A stretch of DNA of 64,000 bases from Malacoraja senta (GCA_038087875.1 CM075988.1:13888001-13952000); one strand, 5' to 3'; shown: positions 1 through 12,789, numbered from the stretch's first letter. The notes: generated from the sequence alone by a model not told the origin. Translations and numbers: made by a program.

Positions 1-76
1 GCTATCTGACCTGCTGAATGTTTCCAGCATTTTCTTTTGATAATCACTTGTTCCTTCTTTGTGGCAGTTTTTATTG

Positions 77-375
77 GGTGGTACGATGGCGCAGCGATAG
101 AGTTGCTGCCTACATACCAACGACCCGGATTCGATCATGATTACAGGTACTGTCTGTAGGGAGTTTGTACTTTCTCTCCATGACCTGCGTGGGTTTTCTC
201 TGGGTGCTCCGGTTTCCTCCCACACTCCAAAGACATACAGATTAGTAGGTTAATTGGCTTGGCAAAATTGTAAATTGTCCCTATAGGATAATGTTAGTGT
301 GCGGGGATCGCTGGTCGGCACAGACTTGGTGGGCCGAATGGCCTGTTCTTGCGCTGTATCTCTAAACTAAGCTAA
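77..375 (+). mobile_element. HE1-like tRNA-derived V-SINE
   Basis: tRNA-like head with A/B-box-like motifs, V-domain GGTTTCCTCCCACACTCCAAAGAC, CR1-type tail GGGCCGAATGGCCTGTT..CTGTATCTCTAAACTAA. Confidence 0.9.
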
Positions 376-1094
376 ATAACTGAGGTTGCTCATAAATGTG
401 TCATATTCTGATTTTTAATCTCATCTGGACTTAATTTAGAAATAATGCCTTACCGAGACATGCTCTAGACAAATGACTTGGTGTGTTGTGAAGGTTGAAT
501 GTCGAAAGTTGAAAGTTGAATTTAGTCCTGTTTACCTCATGTAGTGTAACACTAATTCACCAACCAGTTAGGGTTATTAGATTAATTGACCATAAATAAT
601 TTAGTAACTGAGTCTTTCAATTAAAAAAAATAACCTCCTTTTAATTCTGAGTGTAACTTTGGTCCTAGTGACCTTTCCTTTATAAAGGTCATCAACTTCT
701 TCTGCTCCATTCCTTTTCCAGCAAACTCCATTGATTTGCTCTTAATAAAAATTTTCATTTATGTTTTTGCAAACCTTCCTTGATTTATGAAAATGATGTG
801 TTCCTGGAAATTATTCTGTTGAGAAAAATGTCATAAATCAAAAAGGTGGGCAAAATGCAAGCAGGTATTTTTGAATTCACGAGTCCCTGCGGTCAGCGAC
901 AGGCATGTTAGTTGCTATCATTAAAAATAGATTTGCAAATTAAAGATAAGTAGCCTGAAAGGGTTTGCAAGAAAACCTTGCAAGAAAAATGTTTGTAAAT
1001 GGAACATTGGTGTAAATTGAGGAATATCTGTATAACCTCTTGTGGCTTTGATTTTCACCTGATTCTTGGGATCCAGCAATGTAGTAATTATGTT

Positions 1095-1245
1095 TAGGAA
1101 GGAACTGCAGATGCGTGGTTTACACCAGAGATCCACACAATGTTGGAGTAACTCAACGGGAAATGCAGCACTTCTGGAGAGAAGGAAGGGTTGAAACCCT
1201 TTTTCTGAACCGACCCGAAACATCACCCATTCCTTCTCTATAGTA
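1095..1245. mobile_element. Penelope-like terminal repeat fragment, decayed
   Basis: AGGAAGGAACTGCAGATG..GGAGTAACTCA..GACCCGAAACATCACC, shared with other copies in the window. Confidence 0.75.
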
Positions 1246-1778
1246 GCTATGTTACTGGTTTGGCCACATAGCGTTTGCATCATTGATGAGGAGACATGTG
1301 TCTGAGTCCTTTTGTGCAATTGAGAAATTTAAAGTCGCTTAATAAATGGAATATAAAGCGAGAATCAGCAGTGGTAGTCATGGAAACACTTCTGGTTCAC
1401 TGCTATCCTTTTGGGAAAGCATTCTGCCAATCATACATGGTTCAGCCTTCAGCTCAGGGGCAAGTAGAGATGAGCTATGAAATCCTGAATGGCTGGTGTT
1501 GTCCACATTCAGTGAATGAATCAGTGAACAAATAAATAAATTGATCTTTGGGAGCTCCACCAGCAATACAACTGTTCAAGAAGCTTCTCTTGTTCAATGT
1601 ATTCCTCCTGGACCAAGACCCCTTTCTTTATCCTACATTCATCTATGTGTGCCCCCAAGCAACCCCCCCCCCCTTAATTTATCTATCCCTGTACCCTTTA
1701 AATCCCTGTACATTAATAAAATTATTTGATACTCTTAATATCTCCTTTGCACGTTTTTTACCCTTTACTTCACTTTGG

Positions 1779-2080
1779 ACTTTAGAATAACAGCTTCAAA
1801 ACAGACCTTTTGGCCCACCGAGTCCACACCGACCAGCACTCACCCCCTGTACACTGGCACTAGCCTATACACTAGGGACAATTTACAATTCTACAGAAGC
1901 CAATTAACCTACAAACCTGTACATCTTTGGAGTGTGGGAGGAAACCAGAGCACCCGGAGAAAATCCATGTGGTCACAGGGTGGATGTACAAACCCATAGT
2001 CAGGCAGCACCCATAGTCAGGGTTGAACCCGAGTCTGACTCTGTGAGGCAGCTACTCTGTCACTGCACCACTGTGACACC
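1779..2080 (-). mobile_element. HE1-like V-SINE
   Basis: Reverse complement of the 77-375 family. Confidence 0.9.
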
Positions 2081-2906
2081 CTTAATGTGCCACTGTGCTG
2101 CCCTTATTATGTTTCAGTGAAATGGCTTACACTTACTATGTCTCAGTGAAATAGCTTTTTTTCTGCATTAATGTCTTGTTTTTTTACTGACAGCATAGCC
2201 CCAATGGAAAATAAAGAAGGGATTGGGATGAAAAGTGACCATTTTCTTTCATGTATTAATATCCATGATCGTCTGATCAAGAGCTGATCACACATGAGAT
2301 TCCTTGGTCCTTGGGTTTTTTTAGTTTACAGGGTCATTTTTAACATTCATCTTTAACTTGACTTTGAAAAGTCTATCATTCGTCCTCTTCAGCTGCAGTC
2401 ACTGGTTGTTGATTTCATTATCATTGCATTGAATTTCTAAGGAAGGAATATGCCTCAGTCATTTTTCTCACTAAATCGGATCAGCGTTTTAAGCTAAAGC
2501 CTGTGCCAGTCAACTCAAAGTAAAGTGGCTTGACTGCGAATGGCTTTGTGATTTATAACTGCAATAAGGAACATATTTAGGCCAGAATTGCAACTCGAGT
2601 TTTATTTGTTTTTTAAACCTTTTTTCTCTCTTCTAATGCCAAGGATGGGCCATTCCTTTATCATCTGATAAATGGACAAATTTGTAAATATTGTTGCAGA
2701 GAAAAAATGAGCAGTGAGAAAGTGAAATCTTGAGGTTTAAATACAAAATAAATTCAGCTGGGAAATCAACCTCATGCTAATATGTCAATGGTAAATATGG
2801 CTTAGTTATGAACTGTGACTTTTCCTAAATATAGGCGAATAAGTACCACTGTAACCCGACTGTTTAATCCAGTTTTGATTGCATCAATCAAAAACTATAA
2901 TATTTA

Positions 2907-3220
2907 CTTTAGTTTAGAGAAACAGCATGAAAACAGGCCCTTCGGCTCAATGAATCCATGATCACCTGTTCATACTAGTCCCATGTTATCCCACTTTCAC
3001 ATCCACTCCCTACACACTAGGGGCAATTTTAAAGAGGGACAATTAACCTACAAACCCCCACGTCATTGGGTTGTGAGAAGAAACTGGAGCACCCGAAGGA
3101 AACCCGGTCACAAAGAGAACGTACAAACTGCACACAGACAGCACCCGAGGTCAGGATCGATCCTGGTTCTCTGGTGCCGTGAGGCAGCAGCCCTACAAGC
3201 TGTGCCACCTTATGCCACCC
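2907..3220 (-). mobile_element. HE1-like V-SINE
   Basis: Same family, reverse orientation. Confidence 0.88.
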
Positions 3221-3609
3221 TTGCCTCAGTATTTTTGGAATGCAAACAATAATTTATAACGCTCGAGGGGCACAAAGGTCTTTTATAACTTGAGCATCGG
3301 GACTTCTGATTGTATGTAATAAGAAAAACAAAATATTGTAAAGCAGAATATTCTCAGTGCTGTCATTATATTCTGAATTGTAAAATTGATGAATTTGTCA
3401 AACGATACTCAACTGGGCTCTTAAAGCAGGAGAACAGATGCTTCCCTAACTCAAATGGATAGCATGCAGAACTGCAGCAGACATTTTCCTTGCTTGAGTG
3501 CATTTGAACAGAGCATGATGCATATCATGAAACACTGGCATTAAGCTCTTCAAGGTGAAACTATGTGCAGACATAGTGAGAGGATTAAAAACATTTTTCC
3601 CATCTGCTT

Positions 3610-3990
3610 ATTTTACAGGAGCTGGACATTGCTGGCATTTGTAGCCAACCTTCAGTTGCCCTTGAGAATGAGGTGGCGAGCTGGCTTATTGAACCATTCT
3701 AGACCTTCTACTGAAGATACTCATACAATGCTGTGGAGAGGAGGTTCAAGGATTTAGATGCAATGACAATGAAGACATTGCAGAATATATTGCTGAAGAC
3801 TTTGTCCTTCTTGACAATAGAGATGACACATGTGGGAGGAGTAGTCATGCTGAATAATGCAGTACACTTAACAAACGGTAAACACTGCAGCCTTGGTGCC
3901 CCAGTGAAGAGGGAATGAATGTTTAGTGTGGTGAGGGGGCATCTTTAATTTGGACAGCATTGTCCTGGGTGGTGTCAAGCTTCATAAATG
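3610..3990 (-). mobile_element. Old decayed CR1-group LINE 3' remnant
   Basis: GCTGGCATTT..CAGTTGCCCTTGAGAA resembles an old LINE 3' end; 3930-3990 resembles 56870-56950. Recognised by eye only. Confidence 0.45.
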
Positions 3991-4489
3991 CGCCAAAATG
4001 TGCAACACGTATCTTGATATTAATGGCTTGGATTTTGCAAGGTGGTTCTACGCTGAACCGCTGGACTTTCCCCATGTAATTGCCAACAAACTAAGGATAT
4101 CCACATATGCACATGTAAACTGGTGGCCAATCTTCACCAGTCGTTTCTAGACTCAGTGATAGATTCTCATGATGTCCAGTGCTGCAGCAATCAACAAATA
4201 CACTGTACTGAATCGGACCTGCTAACCTCAGTAGGTAATTTACAATTTTATTAAATAATTACGTTTAGTGAAAGAAACGCATACAACAGTAAAACTCTGG
4301 TAATTCAGCCTCTGATGGTTTCAGCAGCTGGCTCATTAGTCTAGAATGGTTGCAGGAGGTCAGTGTGCAAACAGGATGTGTAGCTGGTCAGGAAGGCAGC
4401 TGGGTTCAGAGTGTGGGTCGGGTGAATGGCTGGAGCGAGTATTGAGGTCAGGAATGCCAAGGGTCAGGAACATGGATAGAACCAGGATC

Positions 4490-4720
4490 AGGATGTTTAT
4501 ACCAAAGATAGACACGAGGAACTGGAGTGACTCAGTGGGTAGGCAGCATCTCTGGAGAAAAGGAGTAAGTGACATTTCAGATCGAGACCCTTCTTCAGAC
4601 TGGACTCTCAACGTCACCCATTCCTATTCTCCAGAGATGCTGCCTGATGCGCTGAGTTACTCCAGCATTTTCTGTCCATCTCCGGTGTAAACCAGCATCT
4701 GCAGTTCCTTCCTACACACT
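4490..4720. mobile_element. Palindromic Penelope-like terminal repeat pair
   Basis: CTGGAGTGACTCAG..GGCAGCATCTCTGGAGAA then inverted TTCTCCAGAGATGCTGCC..CTGAGTTACTCCAG; minus-strand CTGAAGA hammerhead-like core near 4575-4600. Confidence 0.8.
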
Positions 4721-5863
4721 GGTGGATTTACAGTATGTGCTTCTCACTCCCATCAAGTTTACTGGGTTCACTGGAAAATCTATTATACTATGGTTTAAAA
4801 TATGAGAAAAGTGAAATAAAAGAGTGTTTGGTTATTAATAAGTGTAACATCCAATAGTATGGAAAATCTGCAATGTTTGAAATTGCCTGAATTCACAAAC
4901 TCACTTGCGAAGCATTATTATGGGGTTGTAATCACGATAAGCAAATATGTGTAATTAATTGATTTAACAAGTTCAATAAATGACTATATTTTGTGTTCTA
5001 CTACTATTGATTGGGAGATATATGTTGATTAAAGAAAAGTGAAATGTTCCTGTGCAAATAGTGTTGTACAGTGCTATTGCCAAGAAATCAATGTTCACCT
5101 AGGCACTGCCAATGAGACCATTTACGTTTTTTGGACAAATCATTGTTTGGTTCCACTAGGATCCTCAGAGCCACTGATGGGATGTGATGATGGCTGTTTG
5201 GAAACTGGTACTTTATGGGGGTCAGTGGGAATTCAAGGTTCAGTCACTGAGATTAATAGGTTAGCTTTGGCACTGAGGAGAAGTAGGGAGATGGGCAATA
5301 AAGGAATGCCTTTGAGTAAAGGGACCTTCTGAATGGGGTCATTGCTGGGGATAGTTTTATTAAAACTTGAGGGTTCTTACTGTGCATATGATGGAGCTTT
5401 GGAACAATGTGCTTTAATTCTCAGACAATTCTCCAAAATGTTTGTTCCACAAGGAATGATATAATTTGATGTGACACAGAGATTGCATGAGATAAAGAAG
5501 GGTGATTCGTGACCAAACATGCCTGATTGAATTTTTGGTCTAGTGCGATTTGACTTAAAAGTGATTACAATTGTGTTCCAACCGTAAAAAAAATCAATTT
5601 TCAGATGCATAAAAATCAATGCTACTGATCTGAATTTCTAGCATCTGAAAAGCCAAATGGGGCTCTCACATCTCATCCAAAGTAAAAACCCTTGACACTA
5701 CAGTACAGTACTCGGGTAACAATTTAGCTTAAGCCTTCAAGTGTTTGGAAAGGATTGTTTCTTCTTCACGATGCTTTAATGCCTTTGAGAGTGAGAGAAG
5801 ATTTTAACCATATATAAACTGCAAGTGCAATTCTATTACTGAATGTTTTAAAATCTTAAAACA

Positions 5864-6165
5864 GGGTGGTGCAAAAGTGCAGCTGGTGGAGCAGCTGTCT
5901 CACAATGCCAGAGGCCCAGGTTCGATCCTGACTGTCTTTGTGGAGTTAGCACGTTCTCCCTGTGACCATTCTGGGAGCTCCAGGTACCTCTCACGTTCAT
6001 GAGACATGCGGGTTTGTAAGTTAATTGACATCCGATAATTGCCTCTACTGTGCATGGAATGGATGAAAAAGTGGGTAAACATAGACAAGTGTGAACGGGT
6101 GATTGATGCCCAGAGTGGAATGCTGGGCCGAAGGGCCTGTTTCCATGCTGTATCACTAAAAACTA
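5864..6165 (+). mobile_element. HE1-like V-SINE, older
   Basis: B-box GGTTCGATCC and tail GGGCCGAAGGGCCTGTTTCCATGCTGTATC. Confidence 0.85.
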
Positions 6166-6596
6166 TACTAGCCACCTTAAACCTATGTTAGAAAAATCAT
6201 TGTTATATTTTATCCTTCACTAATTCTCCAGATTTTGGACTAAACCAGGATCTCAACAATTGAACGCCGATCCTGCCTGAAATTGTCCCTCTGTGGTACA
6301 GGCTACATATATCAAACAAGCTGTCAGTCCAGCCCAACAGAACCGTTAGATTAAATCTTGGCATACCAAGCAACTTGTGCTGCATATGACGTTTAAACTC
6401 TAACCTCTGAGAGATTAAAATGACTTGAGCAACAATTCCCTGAATAGACGCTCAGAGCAAACAGGCGCTCTATAAGCTCAAGCCCTCGCCAAGGGTGAAA
6501 ATATTATTGCGGTTGCTTTGTGTTCTTAAATGTTATCATATGATTTGCTCTGCTGTTCAAGGGGGCATGAAATAACATAGAAGTATCACAGCACTA

Positions 6597-6617
6597 ATAT
6601 ATATATATATATATATA
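6597..6617. repeat. (AT)n microsatellite
   Basis: About 10 AT units. Confidence 0.95.
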
Positions 6618-7049
6618 TTGCAACTTTGTAGATTGTGCATTTCTTGCAGAGAAGTGTGAGAATTCAGGATTGGGAAGGATCAATACAATCTAGCAGGATA
6701 ATTCAAAGCTAGAAGATATTGTTAACTTTCTCTCGTGCTTCTACCCTTTAATTCTTCCTTTAGAAAACATTTCTGAAATGTCTGAGTCTCAGTGTGATAT
6801 TTTCCAGACTAAATGATTACTCAAGCATACAGGATGGCTACTGGGTAAAAACTGCATTAACCATTAATTTATTTCCCCAGTTATGTGGGTAATAAAGAGG
6901 CTGCTATTGCTACAGTTCCCTTTCTTACCTGGTTGGAGTATATGAGATTATGAAAGGCATGGATAAGATAGTCAAAATCTCAATGCCAGCCACTAACGTA
7001 TACTCTACAGCCTGGGATTTATACATTCTGACTTGGATAGGAAAAGTTT

Positions 7050-7360
7050 AATTTAGTTTAGAGATACAGCATGGAAACAGGCCCTTCATCCCACCGAATC
7101 CACACTGACCATCGGTCACTTGTTCCTATTATGTTATCCTACTTTCGCACACGCTCCCTATACACTAGGGGCAATTTACAGAGACCAATTAACTCATAAA
7201 CTTACATGTCTTCAGGATGTGGGAGGAAACCAGATCGTCTGGAGGAAACCCATGCAGTTATAGGGAGAACATGCAAACTCCACACAGACAGCACTCAACA
7301 TCAGGATCAAACCTAGGTCTCTGGCGCTGGTGGCAGCAGCAATAATAGCTATGCTATGTC
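7050..7360 (-). mobile_element. HE1-like V-SINE
   Basis: Same family, reverse orientation. Confidence 0.88.
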
Positions 7361-7389
7361 ACCAATCACTGACTGACACTCAGAAGATA

Positions 7390-7505
7390 CATGTATAGGA
7401 ATGGTTTAGAGGGACATGGGGCAAATGGGTCCAACTTAGATGGGCCATCTTGGTCGACATGGACAAGTTAGGCTGAAGGACCTGTTTCCATGCTGTATGA
7501 CTCTA
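7390..7505 (+). mobile_element. CR1 LINE 3' end fragment
   Basis: GGTTTAGAGGGACATGGG..GGCTGAAGGACCTGTTTCCATGCTGTATGACTCTAT. Confidence 0.8.
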
Positions 7506-7786
7506 TCCTCTAATTATATGAAGGAGTTAAAATACCGTGGTTAAAATTGTACAGTCTAATAAATTTAAATCTAATAAATTTTGAATGGATTACTCTTAAT
7601 TATTCAGTGCTATTCTATTAGCTGAAACTTTAATTTCAAGCCATAAATATATTGACAATAAAAATCTCTTTCAAATGAATACGGAAAGGCTAATATTCAG
7701 AGAAATCTTTCTCACTTTGTCACCCCCAAGTAGAAATGTTATTTTCTGCTTTTAGGAAAAAAAGCAGACAAACACAGTAAGTATCT

Positions 7787-7970
7787 GTGTAGGAAGGAAC
7801 GACAGCTGCTGGTTTATACCGCAGAAAGACAGAAAAAGCTTGAGTAACTTAGTGAGCCAGGCAGCACCTCTGAGTCTGAAGAAGGGTCTCGACCCGAAAC
7901 ATCACCCATTTCTTTTCTCCAAAGATGCTGCCTGTCCAACTGAGTCACTCCAGCTTTTTGGATCTTTCTA
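7787..7970. mobile_element. Palindromic Penelope-like terminal repeat with minimal hammerhead core (+, 7876-7903)
   Basis: CTGAAGA-A-GGGTC-TC-GACCC-GAAAC-ATC with flanking inverted arms. Confidence 0.8.
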
Positions 7971-8467
7971 TAGTAAGTATCTGGCCAGTTTTCTTTTGTT
8001 CATTTTACTGCACAGCTCTTGTCATTGAAAGTGCTCTACAGAACATGGCATCAGGCCAGCTACTGTGTGTGTGGTTGGATACATTCCAGGAGTTTTCATC
8101 AATAGTGCTCGTACCTCCCCACACCCCTGCTATTTGCTACCTGATATCTGTCTCAACTGGCCTCCCACTTCCCAAATTAATTGATAGTTAAACATGTTCT
8201 TTGTCATCTAATAATATTCCATACTTCCTTATGACACAGGAGGCTATTTTTGTGTAGCAAATCTATGTTGGCTCACAGAACAATTCCATTTCTATCTAAC
8301 TTTTCTAGTCATCCGTTCTTTCCACTTTACCATTAATTACCATTAGGTGGGTGGGTTGGTAAGTTTGCAGATCGCACAACAAACGATGGAATTGTGGAAA
8401 GTGCAGAGGCTGTATCCCTTTGTTATCATCTCATCACGAGAGGGATGGAGAGAGAGGGAACGCCTGG

Positions 8468-8640
8468 GTTACTTGAGGTTGGAGAAATCAATAGTCATGC
8501 CGCTGGGTTGTGAGCTGCCCAAACAAAATATGAGGTGCTGTCACTCCAATTAGGGTGTGGCCTCACTTTGACAGTGGAGGAGGCCCAGGACAGCGAGGTC
8601 AGTATGGGTGGGAAGGTGAGTTAATATGATTGGCAACTGG
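8468..8640 (-). pseudogene. Penelope-like element ORF C-terminus (GIY-YIG region remnant)
   Basis: Minus strand reads PVANHINSPSH, then after a frameshift TDLAVLGLLHCQSEAT..QHLIFCLGSSQPSGMTIDFSNLK*, a typical vertebrate Penelope C-terminus. Confidence 0.8.
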
Positions 8641-9050
8641 AGTATTGTGTGCAGTTCTGGTCACCACATCGCAGGAAGGAAGTGGAAGCTTTGGAGAAAG
8701 TGCAAAAGAACTTTGCCATAATGCTGCCTGAGTTAGAGTATTTAAACCACAAGGAAAGGTTGACCAAACTTTGATTGTTTTCTCTGGAACATCAGAGACT
8801 GAGGGAAGACCTAATAGGTTTATCAAATCATAAGATGCATAGACAGTGGGAAGCTTTTCCCCTGAGTGGTAATGTCAAATACTAGAGAGCATAGCTTTAA
8901 GGTTAGAAGGAGAGAGTGTAAAGGTGATGTGTGGGACATTTTTTGGGGGGGATAGAGAGTGGCAGGTACCTGGAAAGCACTGCCAACGGTAGTGGTGAAA
9001 GCAGATATGATTGTCAACTTTAAAAGGCTTTTGGATAATCATAGATAAGA
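8637..9050 (+). mobile_element. Decayed CR1 ORF2 3' fragment
   Basis: LEYCVQFWSP-type sequence CTGGAGTATTGTGTGCAGTTCTGGTCACCACA, homologous to 25280-25700. Confidence 0.8.
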
Positions 9051-9069
9051 TTAGATAACAGCGTAATCA

Positions 9070-9185
9070 GACCCACACCACCCTGACCACACACTCATTT
9101 CACCCCTGCCATCGGGAAGAAGGTACAGGCGCCTGAAAATTGTAATGTCCATGTTCGGAAACAGGTTCTTCCCTAAAGCCATTTG
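9070..9185 (+). mobile_element. Rex1/Babar-like LINE RT C-terminal fragment
   Basis: Translates HPDHTLISPLPSGRRYRRL..NRFFPKAI (LPSGRRY motif). Confidence 0.7.
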
Positions 9186-9189
9186 GCAA

Positions 9190-9480
9190 TTGGGGTGGCA
9201 CATTGGGGCAGCAATAGTGTTGCTGCATTACAGCGGCAGAGACCCAGGTTCGATCTGACAATGGGTGTTGTCTGTATGGAGTTTGTATGTTCTCCCTGTG
9301 ACCTTCTGGGTTTTCTCCGGGTGCTCCACTTTCCTCCCACATTCCAAAGAGATGCAGGTTTGTAGGTTGGCTTCTGTAAATTGTCCCTTCTGTGTGGGGT
9401 AGAACTTGTTGATCAGCATGGACTTGGTGGGCCAAAAGGCCTGTTTCATGCTATGTCTCTAAACTAAACTAAACTAAACT
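9190..9480 (+). mobile_element. HE1-like V-SINE
   Basis: Head, V-domain and (TAAAC)n tail. Confidence 0.9.
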
Positions 9481-10093
9481 TTCCAGATGCCATAGTGGGA
9501 TTCAAGTTCCTTTTGTTTGGATCACCAGCCAGGTCTCCGATAGCTTAGTAATGTAACTATTATGCTACCAAATCTTATCAAGCCTAAGAGAGCAATGCCT
9601 GGGCAAAGCTGAAATGTTAGTAAAGAAGCAAATTGTCCTGCATAAGTAGCACCATATGGGAAACTCTTTTGTGAGCTGCCAATGCTGCTTTGAAAGTACT
9701 GTATTTAATCATTGGCAAAATATGAAAAATAGTTCCATTTGGAGTCATCCATCACTGGCAGATTCTAGGATATAAGCAAGAACTTGCTAATAGCATGATC
9801 ATATTTTGCCAGTGATTGGATTATGTGTCACTTACAGTTCCAAGTGAGGTTTAAAGAGAATCTATTACAGTTGTGAGGAGGGTGAACAGCAACCAACTTA
9901 TTCAATACATTCAGTAGACAATAGGTGCAGGAGTAGGTCATTTATTGATGGTGAAAACATTGCTTAACAGCCCTCTGGATTCATGAGATGTTTATCCTCC
10001 ACTGGGACAAGTAGGCAACGGACTCCATGCTTTGGAGGCGGACTCGCTTGTACTGTGTGAGTTTTTGTAACGTAAATCAACGATCCAAATTGA

Positions 10094-10441
10094 TAATAAT
10101 AATAATAATGGATGGGATTTATATAGCGCCTTTCTAATACTCAAGGCGCTTTACATCGCATTATTCATTCACTCCTCAGTCACACTCGGTGGTGGTGAGC
10201 TACTTCTGTAGCCACAGCTGCCCTGGGGCAGACTGACGGAAGCGTGGCTGCTAATCTGCACCTACGGCCCCTCCGACCACCACCAATCACTCACACACAT
10301 TCACACACATTCACACGCAGGCAAAGGTGGGTGAAGTGTCTTGCCCAAGGACACAACGACAGTATGCACTCCAAGCGGGATTCGAACCGGCTACCTTCCG
10401 GTTGCCAGCCGAACACTTAGCCCATTGCGCCATCTGTCGCC
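10094..10441 (-). mobile_element. tRNA-derived SINE with CORE-like domain and L2-type tail (distinct family)
   Basis: Minus strand: A-box TGGCGCAATGG, B-box GGTTCGAATCC, GTGTCCTTGGGCAAGACACTT domain, tail AAGCGCCTTGAG..AAAGGCGCTATATAAAT plus (ATT)n. Confidence 0.85.
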
Positions 10442-10644
10442 TCCACAATCTGTCACCTCCACATGATGGGGTCGACCTACCCAATTTTCACTGACAGTGG
10501 ACAAGACAAACCCAGAAAATTTGCCTCAATGTCCTACCAAAAATGTAACACAATTACCATGTCATTGTTAAAAAATGTGTTTCCGGCTCCTCCTCCCAGT
10601 GTTTAAAACTGTTCCGAACTCTTCTCAGCCTTGGCCTAGAATCA

Positions 10645-10940
10645 ATGGAATAGAATTGAATACTTTATTTACTTTATTGTCACATGTGAAAAGGCACAAT
10701 GAAATTCTTTGCTTGCATATCCAATGTATACAAATAATGGCCACCTATGGCACTGACAAAGTTACAAAGTATTCCGGCTCCTCCTCTTGTTTCCCCCCCC
10801 CCCCCCCCCCACACCACGGTTCCAACACGCCGGGTCCCCATTGTCCTTTGTTCGCCCCCCCCCTGCCCATGCCGGGTCCTTCATTGTTCTCCCCCCCCCT
10901 CATGGCGGTCCCCCCACGCTCATTTGTCTGGTGAATGGTA
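10645..10940 (-). mobile_element. LINE-tail-like repeat (Rex/L2-type 3' end) with poly-C tracts on +
   Basis: TACTTTATTGTCACATGTG..GAAATTCTTTGCTTGCAT resembles reverse-complemented LINE 3' ends. Confidence 0.5.
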
Positions 10941-11274
10941 TCCTGCCATTCCAAAGTGTGCTACGAATGAATTTGTTCAGGCTGGCAGCACTGTCCTAGA
11001 AAAGTGGCCACACTTGTAACAGAGATTCAAGTGGTTATCACAAAGAAGTATTAAGATCATGCACCTTTACCTACGGGCACCAGGTCCTGTTCATTTTAAG
11101 GGATTCAATTTATCCAAACCTTCATCTTTGTACATGTTGAAGACCAATTGACTGATGACTTACTTAGTTCTTCCATCTTTCTGGTTACATGTCCAATAAC
11201 TTACATGAGGTCATTGGGTGCAAATGTATCTCTAATGTTTCTCTCTGTTTATAGACAGACTCTATGCATTTAGA

Positions 11275-11328
11275 GGGGTGCGAGATTGCCACCTTCACGT
11301 GGTCCGCCCTGTTTCGACTAATGCAATC
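11275..11328 (+). ncRNA. Predicted HDV/CPEB3-like ribozyme, copy A
   Basis: P1 GGGGUGc/CCGCCCU, P2 GAUUGCc/UGCAAUC, P3 ACC/GGU, L3 UUCACGU, J1/4 GU, UUCG mini-loop, J4/2 C-UAA with catalytic C at 11318. Confidence 0.8.
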
Positions 11329-11414
11329 AACCCGACGTGCCCAAACAAAAAGATCAAATAGAACAAGTTGACCAACAACTTTAGGCTGTGCACGCCATAC
11401 GCAAGAAGAGGTAG
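11275..11414 (+). mobile_element. Ribozyme-headed short retroposon, copy A
   Basis: Homologous to 19927-20070; flanked by ATGCATTTAGA (11264-11274) and ATGCATTCAGA (11415-11425); tail CCATACGCAAGAAGAG. Confidence 0.9.
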
Positions 11415-11649
11415 ATGCATTCAGAAACATTGCATACAAGATAAATGTTTACACATGATTCTCCGTCTTTTGATAAAAGATGTTGACACATCTAACATAC
11501 CAGTAATATTTGGCAATTGGAATATAATGTACCTGGATACAGGTACGCCAGCCTTCTGCCAAGCTATTTGCTCCCATAATCAAAATACAACATAAATTGA
11601 GTGAATGGAGGTCATCATTTTTTTTGCCATCTAACTAAGTCACTCATAT

Positions 11650-11775
11650 GTAAAGAAGGGTCCCGACCTGCAACGCTGCAAATGCATTCGCTTCAGAGCT
11701 GCTGTGTGACCCATTGAGTTACTCCAGCACTTTGTGTTTTGCTCAGGACTCCACCATTTGCAGTTCCTTGTGTCC
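11650..11775 (+). mobile_element. Penelope-like terminal fragment, decayed
   Basis: GAAGGGTCCCGACC..GAGTTACTCCAGCACTTTGTG..GCAGTTCCTTG. Confidence 0.7.
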
Positions 11776-11776
11776 G

Positions 11777-12060
11777 CATGGAAACAGGCCCTTCAGCCCA
11801 CTGAGTCCATTCCAACCAGCGTTCCCTGCACACTAACAATATCCGACACGCACTAGGGACAATTTGTATTTATACCAAGCTAATTAGTCTACAAACTTGT
11901 GCATCTTTGGAGTGTGGGAAGAAACCAGAGCTTCCCGGAGAAAATCCCTGCAGGTCACAGGGAGACCGTACAAATTCCATGCAGACAGCACCCATAGTCG
12001 GGATCGAACCTGGGTCTCTGGTACTGTAAGGCAGCAACTCTACCACTGCACCACCGTGCC
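11777..12060 (-). mobile_element. HE1-like V-SINE
   Basis: Same family, reverse orientation. Confidence 0.9.
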
Positions 12061-12789
12061 TTCCCTATTGCTTTGCAAACTATTGCAACATTGACTTCCA
12101 CTCCAAAGCATGGAAACCTTGGAACCATTGAAGATAAACACACGGTAAATCTAAATGGCCATGATGGCTGACATTAACCCTCCTTACAACTATAAATTCC
12201 CTTTAAACCTCACTGGGCTCTGTAAGTGTTACACAATCCAATCATTGGTAAAACCTGATTATTCTGTTTACAAGTTCTTATATACTGGAACCTGTTGGTG
12301 ATGGATGATTCCAACTGGAACTATATTTCATATTTTGCCAATGATTAAATATTTTTTTAATTAGCATTGACAGGTTACAGAAGAGTTTGTGTGGTCTAGT
12401 TTCCCACTTGGCTCCTTTTCTCCAGGGTATTTTGGTTCCTTTGTAAAATTTCAGCCTGAGAGACTCCGTTCATCTCTGTTCACCGGGAGACGACCACCAA
12501 TGTAGAGCACCCTCACCATGATTTTTAGGCTTGATTTATTATCTACCCTCAGATAAGGAACCCTGGAACACCATCCACTCACCCCCAGGAGAGCTTTGTC
12601 AATTTATAGGACTGAATAACGTGCTCCATGTTCACAATGCTGTCTCTGAAACACAGACAGTCAAACACCCATCCACCTGAACGCATCAGTTGTCTGAGGT
12701 ACATTTAATATGCATATACAGAAGGCCAAAAATTCCTCTTCAGTTCCTGTACTCAGTTGGATCAGCAGTGCATGCGAATAGCTTGTAAA

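Noticed and set aside
77-150. tRNA genes at the SINE heads
   Set aside because: A/B boxes are present but continue into SINE bodies; no complete cloverleaf.
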